A stretch of DNA of 64,000 bases from Mobula hypostoma (lineage: Eukaryota), in assembly GCF_963921235.1 (NCBI RefSeq), contig NC_086108.1, forward strand, positions 101,186,001 to 101,250,000, read 5' to 3'. The notes under the pieces were generated by a model. It was not told the DNA's origin. It made no database searches and saw only the letters and a program-made list of their open reading frames with translations. The translations under genes were made by a program, and so were the position numbers. Below are positions 49,694 through 63,170 of the stretch, piece after piece (within the stretch, counting starts at the first letter, position 1; each line of letters begins with the position of its first letter).

Positions 49694-49802
49694 GACAGTT
49701 ATTTGTTCATGAATGGGCCCATCTCCAGTGGGGCGTGTTTAATGAATATGATGATCAGGTGCCCTTTTACCGATCCAGTGATGGAATCATTGAGGCAACA
49801 AG
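49694..49802 (+). CDS. CLCA: CLCA-family gene, coding exon 4 (zinc-metalloprotease HEXXH motif)
   Basis: TTTCCTACAG| acceptor and AAG|GTGAG donor, 109 nt, phase 1 to 2. Translates (G)[35 protein letters not shown](R). Confidence 0.95.
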
Positions 49803-50984
49803 GTGAGACAATTCAAGTTAATTTTTTGCATATCATAGTCAATTTCTCTCCATCCTTCCCTATCCCAGATAATTTCGTATCATAAAATTTAGAGTCATAG
49901 AATCACAGAAGAGTAAAGCACAAAACAGGCCCTTTGGCCCATCTAGTCTGTGCCAAACCTTTTAAACTGCCCTCTCCCATTGACATGCACCTGGACCATA
50001 GCCCTCCATACTCCAACCATCCATGCGCTTATCCAAACTTTTCTTAAACATTGAAACCGAGCTTGCGTGCACTACACTTTCATGACCATGTGAGTGAAGA
50101 AATTTCCCCACGTGTACCCCTTAAACTTTTCACCTTTCTCCTTTCACCCTTAATCCATAACTTCTGGTTATAGTCCCACCCAGTCTCAGTGGAAAAAGCC
50201 TGCTTGCTTTTAACTTGTATATATGCCTCATAATTTTGTGTACCTCTGTCAAATTACCTCAGTCTTCTAAATTCCAATGGATAAAGTCCGAAAGTATTCA
50301 ATCTTTCTTTATAACTTAGCAACGTCCTTGTAAATTTTCTCTGTATTGTTTGACCTTTATTTACATCTTTCCTCTTGTTAGGTGACCAAAGCTGCACACA
50401 ATACTCCACTTTGAATTATGAAGGCCAACATGCCAAAAGTTTTCCTTACGACCCTACCTACCTGTGTTGCCACTTTCAACTAATTATGTACCTGTATTCC
50501 CAGATCCCTTTGTTCTACCTTTTTGTTTTATAGTTAACATTTACAATGCAGATATATGTTCACTGTTAACAAGGTTTCCTTCTCTGGAATGCTGACAGAC
50601 CTTCTGAATATTTCCAGCACTTCTAATTTTTTGCAGATTTAATCTGTGCTTTTTCTGGTGTAAGGATAGGAAACACTTAATTTCAACAACAACTGCCGAC
50701 CAAGCTGTTGAAAGACTTCACAGCCTATTAATATTCCCAGGCTATTAACTGCTGTTATTTCATATAAAATGTGGGAGGTCAGACAACATCTACAGAGAGG
50801 AATTAGTTGATGTGTTGGGCTGAAACCCTTCATCAGTCCAGCATTTTGTGTTTGTTACTCTGAATTCCCAGCATGTGTTTATGCTGTAATTACAACTTGT
50901 GTGAAGTTACCTAGTTGTAGAGTATAAATTGACCAGAACTTTCTATTGGACGGGATGTGTGCCCACCTTAAGAAGAACCTTGCA

Positions 50985-52245
50985 ACGCACACACAAAACG
51001 CTGGAGGAACTCAGCAGACCAGGCAGCATCTGTGAAAAGTAGTCAGAGTTAGAAGATGGGCGGGAGGGGGAGGAAGAAACACAAGGTGAAAGGTGAAACT
51101 GAGGTGGGCTAGGGGTGAAGTAAAGAGTGGGGAAGCTGATTGGTGGAAGAGATACAGGGCTGGAATAGGGGGAATCAGATAGGAGAGGACAGAAGGCCAT
51201 GGAAGACAGAAAAGTCGGGGGGAGCACCAGAGGGATGTGATAGGCAGTTAAGGAGATAAGGTGAGAAAGGGAAAAGGAAATGAGGAATGGTGGGGGGGGG
51301 GCATTACCAGAAGTTCAAGAAACTGATGTTCATAACATCAGATTGGAGGCTACCCAAACGGAATACAAGGTGTTGTTCCTCCAACTCAAGTGTGCCTCTT
51401 CACGACAGTAGAGGAGGTCATGGAATAACATGTCGGAATGAGAACAGGAAGTGGAATTAAAATGTGTGGCCACTGGGAGATCCCACTTTTTCTGTGCAGA
51501 TGGAGCGTAGGTGCCTGGCAAAGCAGTCTTCCCTTGCCACCCCTCCAGGGATAGGGTTCCTCTTGACCTCATCTACCACCTCATCAGCCTCCGCGTCCAG
51601 CACATAATTCTCTGTAACTTCTGCCACCTGCAATGGGATCCCACCACCAAGCACACCTTTTCCCCTGCCCACTTTCTTCTTTCCGCAGAGTTCACTCCCT
51701 AGGCGACTCTCTTGTCCATTCCTTCCTCCCCACTGATCCCCCTCCTGGCACTCATTCTTGCAAGTGGAACAAGTGCTACACCTACCCCTACACCACCTAC
51801 CTCACTACCATCCAGAGCCTCAAATGGTCCTTCCAGGTGAGGCAAAATGCTTCACCTGTGAGTCTGTTGGGGTCACTTACTGTAACCGGCGTTCTCTGTG
51901 TGGCCTTCTGTATACCAGTGAGACCTGACGTAGATTGGGAGACTGCTTCACTGAGTACCAATACTCTGTCTGCCCTTCCATCAGTATCTCTGTCATTTAT
52001 CAACTTTCCAGCTCTTTACTCCGCACCCCAACCCCCGCCCCCCCGGTTTCTCCTGTCACCTTGTGTTTCTTCTTCTCCTTCCCCCACCTTTTAACACCGA
52101 CTCCTTATTTTTTTCTCTCTAGTCCTGATGAAGGCTCCTGGCCTGAAACATCGACTATATTCTTTTCCATAGATGCTGCCTGGCTTGCTGAGTTCCAGCA
52201 TCTTGTTTGTGTTGCTTGGATCTCCAGCATCTGCAAATTTTCTCT
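50985..52245. mobile_element. Penelope-like remnant with inverted arms (- 50985-51510, + 51511-52245)
   Basis: DLPVATHFNSTSCSHSDM on the - strand and CYTYPYTTYLTTIQ..K.SFQVRQ on the + strand. Both outer ends carry the same terminal sequence in opposite orientation. Hammerhead-like motif at 52121-52156. Confidence 0.7.
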
Positions 52246-52998
52246 TCTTTGCATTAAGAACCTCATTAATGCAAGCAAACTAGGATCCTGAGACATACTA
52301 AATCCCTGATGTAATAGAAGGAAAGTTTGTGGTGTATGTTCATACTGTAAGAGCAAGAGGGTTACAAGGTAGAAGTTAAGACCATTCAAAAACAAAGGAG
52401 AGTCTTTATTCCAGGGGCCATAGGAAGTTGAGGAGGTACCAAATGGGTCCTTTGCATTGATATTCAATAAGGAAAAGGACATGGAAAACAGTGAGATCTG
52501 TGCAGGTTATGTTAATATTTCAGAGCATGTTGATATCAAGAAGCATGACGTGTTAGGTTTCTTGAAGAAAATTAAGCTGGATAAATCCCCAGGGATGGGA
52601 TCTATCCCGGATTATTGGCAGAGGCAAGAAAACTGATTGCTGGGGCCTTAACAGAGATCTTTGCATACCTTCTAGCTATATGTGAGGTCCCAGAAAATTG
52701 AAGAATAGTCATTGTTGTTCATTTGCTTGAGAATAGCAATTGGTAATTTGGCAAAGTATAGGCAGGTTAGTCTCAGATCACCTATAGGTGTAGGTTGGAA
52801 AATTTGGGTTATTCTTTCTGGAGTTGACAAGATAGAAGTACAGTATATAAAACTATGAGATGCACAGATACAGTACACAAGAGTCCTGCAGATGCTGGAA
52901 ATCTAGACACCCACAAATACTGGAGGAACTCAGCAAGTCAGGCAGCATCTGTGGAGGAAAACAAGAAGTTTATGTTTCAGGCCTTAATTGCTGCAAAC

Positions 52999-55900
52999 AG
53001 GAGGTTCCGGTGACATCATCACCCAGAGTGGCTGCCTAAAATAATTGTTCCTCCGAAAAAACGTTTATTTCGCCCCATTAAACTGCCAAATACAAAATCT
53101 CTCGATAATACTTGAACTGGTAAGGGGGGCAAGAATTTGGAAAGGGATGGAAACAAAAAAAGCACCATTGCCGGCCTGTAAATGAAGAAAATACAGAGAA
53201 CAGCTCTGTTACACAGGCACATGATGACGAACTTAACGCTAACCTTCATTCAAATGAAGAACAGACATCCCACCTCTCCCGGAAGTTCCGGGAGTCTCCG
53301 ACATGTTGATAGTGGCTTCTTGATGCCCGCAAATTATATACAATATCCCGGAAATCAAATTTTTAGAGAGCGAGCGGGGGCGGGGGGGGGGGAGGAGAGA
53401 GAGAGAGAGAGAGAGAGATCTTGATTGGGCTCTCTTTGTGCTAAGTAGACCTATCAGTTTTCTCTGTGGGCGGGCTTTACAGTCGATCTCTCTCTCTCTT
53501 TCCTTGTCCATCAGTTCAGTTTAGTGTCCTGCAGCGCCATGGCAGAGTGTTTCAAAAAAAGAAATATAAAACGTACTTCACCCCAGACTACTCTAAAGTG
53601 TACCCCTGCCCAACAGGGGTCAAAATAATGACAGTGTTGCTCGCTGCACTGTTTGCAACAGTGACTTTTCTATTGCCCATGGTGGGTTAAATGACTGCAA
53701 AAGACATGTTGAGGTGAGTTTAATAGGTGTCATTCGTTCATTAGCATAGCTAACGTTATTTAAACTAGCTGGCTAGCTGCTAAGGAGCTACTCTATTGAT
53801 GTCCTACGTAATGAGGCCAAACTCCCTGTAGACTTGCTTAAAGTTGTAATAGAAGAAAAAAACGACTCCATGATGATATAATATACTATAAATACATATT
53901 TTAATGCAACATTTTCTGCATAAGACAATATAGTAAGGATACAGAGAGCCAAGATGAGGTGAATCCAGAGCAGATTTTGACTTTGGCAGAGAGATTTCCA
54001 AATGTGATCAAGGCAGATGCAAGAGAACAGCTCAATTTGGAAGTCCTGGATTATGTCTCAACTAACCTTGAAAGACCTGTGCCAAACTACAGAAGTTTGC
54101 CAGTTGATGAGTTGATGAAGCTGCTTTTGGTGCTGCCAAATTCTAATTGTGATGTAGAAAGGGCATTCAGCATGGTGCGTCACATTAAGACAGAATTTAG
54201 AAGTCACCTGTCTCACAAAACACTTTCGAATCTGATGGCTTGCAAAATTAACAAATTCATTGACACAGACTGCTATGAGGTTGAGACTTCCGGCAAAATG
54301 CTCAAATCTGCCAAGCAAGCCATATCACAGGACAAGGAAAGCTTGCAAAAGAAATAGAAAAGCTATTTGCATTAGCATTTAGCTATTAGCATTGAGACTG
54401 CCAACAAAATACTCAACAAGGAATATATATATATATATATGTGTGTGTGCGTAAATAGTTTCAATATGTGATCAAATAAATTGTTGTGTTCGGAACGGAG
54501 GGGTCGTCTATGGTGGAGTTTGTGGAAAAGTTACTACGGGACACACTGGAACTTGACATCTAGAGAGCACATCAGACGTTTGCCCCAAGACCCTCTGGGG
54601 GTAGGGAAGCCACGGTCAATAATAATCAGATTCCTCTGCTACAAAACCAAAGTAGAGATTCTGCGCAAGGCCTGGGAAAAGAAGAAGGTATTTTTGAACG
54701 GGAGATTAATATATTTTGATCAAGGTTACCCCCCAGCGGTCCTGCAGAAATGTAAGGAATATTCTGAAGTGAAGCGAGTGTTAAAACAGAGAAAGATCAG
54801 CTTCCAGACTCCCTACCCTGCTAAACTACGAGTGTTCTATGAGAACAGGATGCGGCTGTGGAGGAGACGACTGCAGACTTGAAGAACAGAGGACTGCCTG
54901 TCAACGTGATCACACCGAGGGAAAGCTTGACTGAGCAGCTATCCCGCTCCACCTGGGAAATGGTGGGAAGACCGAGAAAGCAGGGGACAGAAGAAGAGTG
55001 AGAGAAGAATATCAGCGAGAGACTGTGAGTTTTCAGAAGACAGCCCTCACCCGCACCAGAAGAGCTTTGAGGTCTGACTAATCTCAAAAGTGTTGATAAG
55101 CTAAACAGAAGCCAAAATAGATGACACTATATTTATCTCAAGAAATACATATTACGCACAATGTGGATTTTCTATTACTCTATTATTTTATTTTTTATTC
55201 ATTCATTCACTCCTTTTTCTCCACCTAAATGAGAACATATATATGAGAGGAATACATAGGGAAGTCTTTTCTGTGTAATGGACATAGATTTTTTCACTTA
55301 CTTTTTTGGGTGCTGCAGTGGGGGCCCTCAGCCCATAGGTAGGAGAGGCTATTACCTCACAGCTAGATGTTTCCTCTAGCTCAGCCCAAGATCATTTACT
55401 AGAGATCTCAGCCTTGGAATCACACCTTCGTTACCTTTTTTTTTCATTTGTGTTTCTTTGTTCTTACATGTTCAGGGAGTAGATTGGCTAAGTTCTTTTC
55501 TGCTAATTTCAATGATACACTGACAGATAAATACACAGGACTAATGATAAAGTAAAATTCATTTCTTTTACTGTCAATGGGCTGTTGAATCCAATCAAAC
55601 GTAGTAAAATTCTATCTAAAATGAAGAAAGAGCAAGCCTATGTAGTATATTTACAGGAAACTCATTTAAATGATAATGAGCATGGAAAACTAAAGAGAAT
55701 GGGCTTCACTAATTTGTTTTTCTCCTCATATAAATCAGGACATAGGAGAGGAGTTGCTATTCTCATCTCAAGCAAGCTAAATTTTGAAAAAGTATTCAAA
55801 ATGTTAGATAAGGAGGGCAGATATATTCTAGTAAGGGGCAATATAGATGGGAATTCAGTTACTATATTGAATATATATGCACCTCCAGGAAGTGATATTA

Positions 55901-58425
55901 GTTTCTTCCAGAAAATCACTAATATTATGGTAACGGAAACAGAAGGTCTGCTGGAAGGAGACGATAATCTTAGCTATACCGAAAGAAGGCAAGGGTAAAA
56001 TGGAATGTGGGTCATTTAGACCAATATCTGTTCTTAATGTAGATTATAGATTATTTACCTCCATCATGCCCAATGATTAGAAGAGTTTCTACCCACACTG
56101 ATACATAATGATCAGATAGGTTTTATATAACAATGCCAAACACAAGACAATGTACAAAGGACACTGCAAATTATGGATCGTATAAAAAAAAATAAAATGG
56201 AAGCAATAGTGATAAGTGTGGACGCTGAAAGGGCATTTGATTCAGTTAATTGGAATTTTCTTTACAGAGTTTTACATAGATTTGTTTTACATGACACAAT
56301 TATTAAAACTATACAGGCACTATATGACAATCCCACTGCTAGGATTAAAATCAATGGATATTTATCAAATAGTTTTACCCTAGAAAGGGGCACGAGACAG
56401 GGTTGTGCATGGTCACCACTACTCTTCACATTACATCTGGAACCACTAGCTCAATACATCAGACAAAATGAAGATATCAGGGGAATTACTATTAAAGGGA
56501 CAGAGCATAAATTGGCCTGTTGCGTGGATGACATTTTGATCTATCTAGGGCAACCAACATACTCTTTACCTAAATTGATGCTATCTTTTGAATAATATGG
56601 TCAATTATCAGGATACAAGATTAGCATAGGTAAAACCCAATTACTTTCATATAGCTATAGCCCATCAAGAGAAATTGAAAGTAGATATCTCTTGGCATAG
56701 CAAATAGAGTCTTTCAAATATCTGGGAATCATCATGCCAAAAGATTTGGCAAAATTATTAGAATGCAATTATTTGCCTATATATAAAAAAAAAGAAGACA
56801 TAAAACAAGATGGAATCTAATTCCTTTCTTTAGTCTCAGTTCAAGGATTGAATCCATTAAAATGAATATATTGCCCAGACTACTATATCTCTTTCAGACC
56901 CTACCAATAGAGATTAGCAAAAATCAATTCAACGAATGGCACAAAGTGCTATCAAGGTATATATGGCAAGGTAAAAGACCTAGAGTTCATCTCAAGACTT
57001 TGCAATTAGCCAAGGAAAAGTGGGGATGGGGCCCACCTTCTCTTCGAGATTATTATTTTGCAGCACAGATGAGAGCTGTGATATGTTGGTGCAACCCATC
57101 ATATGACACTCAATGGAAAAACATTGAGGAGGGGATACCTTCCATCCCCATACAGGCAATTTTGACTGATAACAACCTACAAAGTTATATAAATACTATT
57201 GATAACCCATGGGTGAAATGGACTCTTAAAATATGGAAAACTATCATAAAAGAATATAAACTATAGGGAGATATTGTAATTCTTAAATGGTGTGCGTATG
57301 ACTCGGATTTTATGCCAAATAAACTGGATGCTAGATTTAAGGACTGGACAGCTAAAGGAATAACAGTTCTATGCAATATAATGAAAGAAGGAATACTGCT
57401 CAATTTTGAAATGCTTAAAGAGAAACAATTATTAGAAAAACAAGACTTTTATCTGTATTTGCAGATGCAACATGTTAATAGGAGCGTGAAAAATGTAACT
57501 GAAGCAAGCACGTTTGATAGAACTGCTTAGAAAAGCATATAATTCAGATAATGGTAGTAGAATCATTTAAGCGTGTATAAGGGTCTGTCAAATCTTAAAA
57601 CACACTCAACTTCATACATTAAAACAAAATGGGAGAATGAAGGAGGGATAACCATATCTGAGGAAGAATGGACAATAATATGGAGGTATCAATGGAAGTG
57701 TACCAGTTCACAGAAATGGAGGGAATTTGGATGGATAAACCTGATAAGGTATTTTATTACGCCCTCTCAGAAATCCCATTATGATAATAACCTCCCTGTT
57801 TGCTGGAGAAATTGTGGAAATCAAAATGCAAACCATTACCATATTTTCTGGGATTGCCCCGTTATCAAAGACTATTGGAGTGGGATACACAATGCCCTAC
57901 AAGATATTTTTAAATGTGAAATACCCTTACAAAGTAAGACCATATATTTTGGGTATATACCTCAAGAATAGTTGAAAAGAGATAAATAGTTAATGAATAT
58001 ACTGCTGGTGGTTGGTAAAAAGACCCTTACCAGGAAATGGTTATTACAGGAGAGCCCAACTTTAAACGCATGGATGGAAATTACAATGGATATTTACAAA
58101 ATGGAGACGATAACAGCATCTGTCAATCATAAATTGGATCAATTTGATTTATACTGGGGAAAATGGTTTAACTACATAACACCCCATAGGCCTGATTTTA
58201 TTCTCACAAATTAATGATTATGTTGTAAAAAAAAAGATCACTCCCTACTTGTACATAGTTTTCCTTTTGTTTGTTCTTTCTTTTCTATAAGTGTATACCT
58301 CAGATAAATACTATGTGGAGATTTGTGGCAAATATGAATATATGATATATACATACAGTATCTGAAATACATCTTATGGAAATGTTAGTATAATGCTGAA
58401 TTTCAATAAAAAAAATTACAAAAAA
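52999..58425 (+). mobile_element. L1/Tx1-clade LINE, both ends present, internally deleted and degenerate
   Basis: 13-bp TSD AATTGCTGCAAAC at 52986-52998 and 58426-58438. ORF1 piece PRSIIIRFL...YPAKLRV; EN YLQETHL/NIYAPP; RT SVDAERAFDSVNW, GTRQGC.SPLLF; CWRNCG..NANHYHIFWDC; AATAAA plus A-rich tail. Confidence 0.9.
53265..54490 (+). mobile_element. Internally deleted hAT DNA transposon fragment nested in L1
   Basis: ORF 53959-54357 LLLVLPNSNCDVERAFSMVRHIKTEFRSHL (hAT C-terminal dimerisation motif). Possible BED-finger start MAECFKKKKYKTYF at about 53539. Confidence 0.75.
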
Positions 58426-59526
58426 AATTGCTGCAAACTGCTGTGGATTCCACGTCAATGGACATATTTAAAGTGAAGATTGATCAATTTTGATTCAGAA
58501 CCATGAAATTAGAACTTCCCTTTAGAACAGGGATGAACAGGAATTTCTTTAGCCAGAGGATTGTGAATCTGTGGAATTCAATGCTGCTGGCATTTGTCAT
58601 TAGGTATATTTAAAGTGGGAGTTAATAGGTTCTTGATGAGTAAGAATATTAAAAGTTACAGGGAGAAAGCAGGAGAATTGGTTTGAGAGGGATAATAAAT
58701 CAGCCAGAATAGAATACTGGAGCAGACTAGATGGGCTGAATGGCCTCATTCTGCTCCTATGTATTATGGTCTTATGGGACATCTTTACAGGAAACAATGA
58801 AGGGTCATGGCCCAAAATATCAACTGTTTATATCCCTCCATAGATGCTGCCCGACCTGTTTTCCTCAAGCACTCTGTGTGTGTGTCCTATACATAAGGTA
58901 GATTGTCAGTCTTTTCCTAGGGTGTGTTTAAGGCAGAGATTGATAGGTTTTTTTGATTGGATATGGCATCAAGGGTTACGGGGAGAAGGCCGAGAACTGG
59001 GGTTGAGGAGGAGACAAAAATAAAGATCAGCCATGATTGAATGGCGGAGCTGACTCGATGGGCCAGGTGACCTAATTCTGCTCCTATATCTTATGGTCTT
59101 ATAAAACGTCAAATAATAGAGAGCACAGACTTAAGGTTATAGGGAGCAAGTTTAAAAGAGATGTGCGAGTTAAGAATTTTTACACAAAGAATGTTAAATG
59201 CCTGGAATATTCTGCTGGGAAACCGGTAGAAGCAGATACAGTAGTGATCTTGAGAGGCATTTGGACAGGTGGGCATTGGAGGGAATAGTGAACATGTGCA
59301 GACAGATGGCATTTGTTTAGCTTGGCATTATGTTTGGCAGTGACAATGTGGGCTGAAGTGCCTGTTCCTGTGCTGGGCTCTCCTGTGTTCTATGTGTACC
59401 TCCCACCTGAGGGAAATTCCAATTCTCAGCCTCTTCTAATAAAGCTGGCACACAATTACTCAATGGTTAATTATTGAAATGTCACTCAGAAACAAATCTG
59501 ATTTATTTTTGTCATTGGTCTTTCAG

Positions 59527-59692
59527 GTGTTCAAAGGGGGTAGAAGGAAGCAGAAAAGTTTGCAATAGAGGTAGCTGTTCAAACTGTTCCATTAATAAAA
59601 AGACAGGATTGCCAGATGGACATTGTGCATTTTATCCAGAGAAGAACCAGAGTACATCATCTTCAATAATGTATAATCAAGGACTGAAAAAT
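59527..59692 (+). CDS. CLCA: CLCA-family gene, coding exon 5 (Cys-rich region); gene continues beyond the window
   Basis: TCTTTCAG| acceptor and AAT|GTAAG donor, 166 nt, phase 2 to 0. Translates (R)CSKGVEGSRKVCNRGSCSNCSINKKTGLPDGHCAFYPEKNQSTSSSIMYNQGLKN. The five exons total 732 nt with no stop. Confidence 0.93.
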
Positions 59693-59789
59693 GTAAGTGG
59701 AGTCACCGGACTGCTTTCCAAACTGATGATGAACTTTTCTACCTACAGCTCATTGTATTAGTTACAGTTGATCACTGCAGAGCATCGTC

Positions 59790-61270
59790 AGAATCAGAAT
59801 CAGAATCAGAATCAGGTTTATTATCACCGGCATGTGATATGAAATTTGTTAACTTAGCAGCAGCAGTTCAATGCAATACATAATCTAGCAGAGAGAGAAA
59901 ATAATAATAATAATAAATAAGCAAGTAAATAGTTTACAGTATTGAATAGATGATAAAAATGTGCAAAAACAGAAATACTGTATATTAAAAAATGTGAGGT
60001 AGTGCCCAAAGCTTCAAAGTCCATTTAGGAATCGGATGGCAGAAGGGAAGAAGCTGTTCATGAATCACTGAGTGTGTGCCTTCAGGCTTCTGTATCTCCT
60101 ACCTGATGGTAACAGTGAGAAAAGGGCATGCCCTGGGTGCTGGAGGTCCTTAATAATGGACGCAGCCTTTCTGAGACACTGCTCCCTGAAGATGTCCTGG
60201 GTACTTTATAGGCTCGTGCAATATCCCAGCCCAGCCTGAATTCAGCTGCTTCAGAATCAGGTTTATTGCTTCAAGTTCAAGTTTATTGTCATTCAACTGT
60301 ACACATGTATACCTCGCTAAACTAAACCCTATTCCTCCACACTCAACCACACACTACATATAACCCACACAGAACACATAAAGTAATATTACCACAAATA
60401 AACTAACAAATACCAAAATATACTCCAGAAGATTGACATCTGGCGTAAGGTGACACTCACAACACGCTGGAGGAACTCAGCAGGTCGGGCAACATCCGTG
60501 GAAAAGATCGGTCGACGTTTTGTGGCCGGAGCCCTTCGCTGTTGTGAGTGTTGCTTTGACCCCAGCATCTGCAGATTATTTTGTGGTGGTGTAAGGTGCA
60601 TTTACAACACAAGTCAAAAAGTAAGCTGCTTAATGTTACTGACGCATTATATGTGAAAAGACCTGGTTGGTAGCAGGGAGTTGATTCATCTCATGGTCTG
60701 GGAGGAGAAACTGTTCCCCATCCTAACAGTCACTGTCCTAATTTCTGCCTGACGGTAGGGGTCAGAGAGATGGTGGGATAGGTGAGAGGGATCCTTGACA
60801 ATGCTAAGAGCTCTGCGTATGCAGTGCTCCTTGTAATAATCTCAGATGGGTGGAAGAGAGACGCCAATGATCTTCTTAGCAGTCATTACAATCCTTTTTA
60901 GGGTCTTGTGGTCAGGTGCCTTGCAATTCCAATACCAGATGGTGATGCACCTGGTCACAGTATGCTCCTGTAAAAATTAGTTAGCAGCATGAACAGCAGA
61001 GGGTTGAGCATGCAGCCACAGAGGGTGGGTGATGGCGCCAGTTCTCAGTGTGATGGAGCTAGAGGTGTTGCTGTCTGTGGCCTTTGTGTCAAGAAGCCCA
61101 AAATCCAGTTACAGAGAGAAATGCTGAGATCCAACGAGGACAGTTTACTCACCAGCTTCTGAGGGATGATCATATTAGACACCGAGCTGAAGTCGATAAA
61201 CAGCATCCTGGCATATGACGCAACATTTTCCAAGTGGGACAGGACAGAGTTGAGGACAGAGACTATTAGC
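59790..61270 (-). mobile_element. Rex1/Babar LINE fragments, with a short Penelope-like insert at 60453-60586
   Basis: (CAGAAT)n tail at about 59788-59814; [21 protein letters not shown] at 61045-61272. The insert is flanked by TGG(C/T)GTAAGGTG at 60441-60452 and 60587-60598. Confidence 0.7.
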
Positions 61271-62089
61271 ACTGACTTATGCTATGGAATTTGTTGTTTT
61301 GCAGCAGCAGTGCTTTGCAATATAATAAAAAACTGCAAATTACAATATAATATATAAATAATTAATATTGGAAAAAAGAGCCAAATATTGAGGTACTGTT
61401 CATGTGTTCGTGAAACATTCAGAAATCTGATGACAGAGTTGAAGAAGCTTATCCTAAAATATTGAGGGCAGTTTTTCAGGCTCCTGAACCTCCAGCTGAA
61501 TGGTAATAATTGGAAGAGGGCATGTCCTCCAGAGTGAGGGTTCTTAATGATCGGTGCTGTCTTCTTAACTCTGTGAAGATGTCCTCTATTCAAAGACCAA
61601 GTAAACTTATTATCAAAGTAGCTACAGTTCACTGCCCTGAGATTCAATTCCTTGCAGGCATTCGTAGAGAACAAAAAGAAGCACAATAGTGTCAGTGACA
61701 AACTGCCCTCAAACAAAAATGGAGAAATAACCAATGTGCAGAAGGTATCAAATTGTACAGTTGTAAAAAACAAAAAAAAATAATAAATAAACAAATTACA
61801 ACAGGGATATTTAAATTATCCTTAGTAACAGGAGAGGTACCAAGGTTTCAAAGGGCATTTATTATCAAAGGATGTATAAATTATACAACCTTGAGATTTG
61901 TCTGCTTACAGGCAGTTGTAATGCAAGGAACCCAAAATAACCCAATTAAAAAAAATAAGACCAATCCCCAGTGTGCAGAGAAAAAGAGAAAAAAAACCCC
62001 ACAAAACTGATCACTTAAACAGTAGAAGCAAGCAACAACAACAGCATTCTAAACCAAATTGATCCCTTAGATCCAAATACCCAAAGCAG

Positions 62090-62870
62090 CCATATAAACA
62101 CCGTGGCTACCAGAGCAGGCAAAAGGATAGGAATTCTGTGGTGCATAACTCACTTCCTGACTCCTTGAAGCCTGTCCACCATCTGCAAGGCTTAGGTCAG
62201 GAGTGTAATGGAATACTCACCACTCTCCTGGACGAGTGTGGCTCCACCAACACTCAAGAAATTTGACACCATCCAGTACAAGGCAGCCAACTTGATTGGT
62301 ACCTCTTCCACAAACATCCAATCCTTCCAGCAATGAACGGCTGCACCCATGTGTACTATCTACAAGTTGCACTGCAACAACACACCAAATTTCTTAAGGC
62401 AACAACTTCCAGACCTACAACCACTACCATCGAGAAGAACGAGAACAACAACTAAAACGACAGGAATTCTGCAGATGCTGGAAATTCAAGCAACACACAT
62501 CAAAGCTGCTGGTGAACGCAGCAGGACACTGATGAAGGGTCTCGACCTGAAACGTCGACTGTACCTCTTCCTAGAGATGCTGCCTGGCCCGCTGCGAGAA
62601 CAGCAACTACCTGGGAACACCACCACTTGGAAATCCCCCTCCAAGTCACTCACCATCCTGACATGGAAACATATCGCCGTTCCTTCATTGTCGCTGGGTC
62701 AAGATCATGGAACTCCCTCCCTAACAGCACTGTGAGTGTACCTACACCTCAGGGACTGCAGTGGTTCAAGAAGGTAGATCATCACCATCTTCTCAAGGAC
62801 AACAAGGGATGGGCAATATATGTTGGCTTAATTGGCGATGCCCACATCCCATAAATGAATAAATTAAAAA
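62090..62870 (+). mobile_element. L2/CR1-superfamily LINE 3' fragment with a short Penelope-like insert (62455-62595)
   Basis: CTIYKLHCNNTP..LRQQLP and a 3' end homologous to 16715-17000. Insert TSD GAGAACA(A/G)CAACTA at 62441-62454 and 62596-62609. Confidence 0.72.
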
Positions 62871-63106
62871 AAGCCTGGAGTAGGCTCAAAACCTCAGCAT
62901 TCAGTTCATCATGTTAGCAGGGCAAATCCCCGCAAAATGCGCAGACACGAAGCACAGCATCTGGGGCAGTCTCACAGCCTTAGCATTGCAGAGGGATAGA
63001 AGCCCTCAGCCTATCTGAGCCAGCATTTAAATTGTCCGAACCTCACTCTGGGACCCAGACGCCGCTGCCGGCAAATTGCTCTGGGTCTAGATTTCACTTC
63101 CGACGG

Positions 63107-63170
63107 AACCATTCTCAACCTCTCCAAATTGACTCAGCAACCATTCTCAACCTCTCCAAATTGACTCAGC
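63107..63170. repeat. Perfect 32-bp tandem duplication
   Basis: AACCATTCTCAACCTCTCCAAATTGACTCAGC occurs twice, head to tail. Confidence 0.9.
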
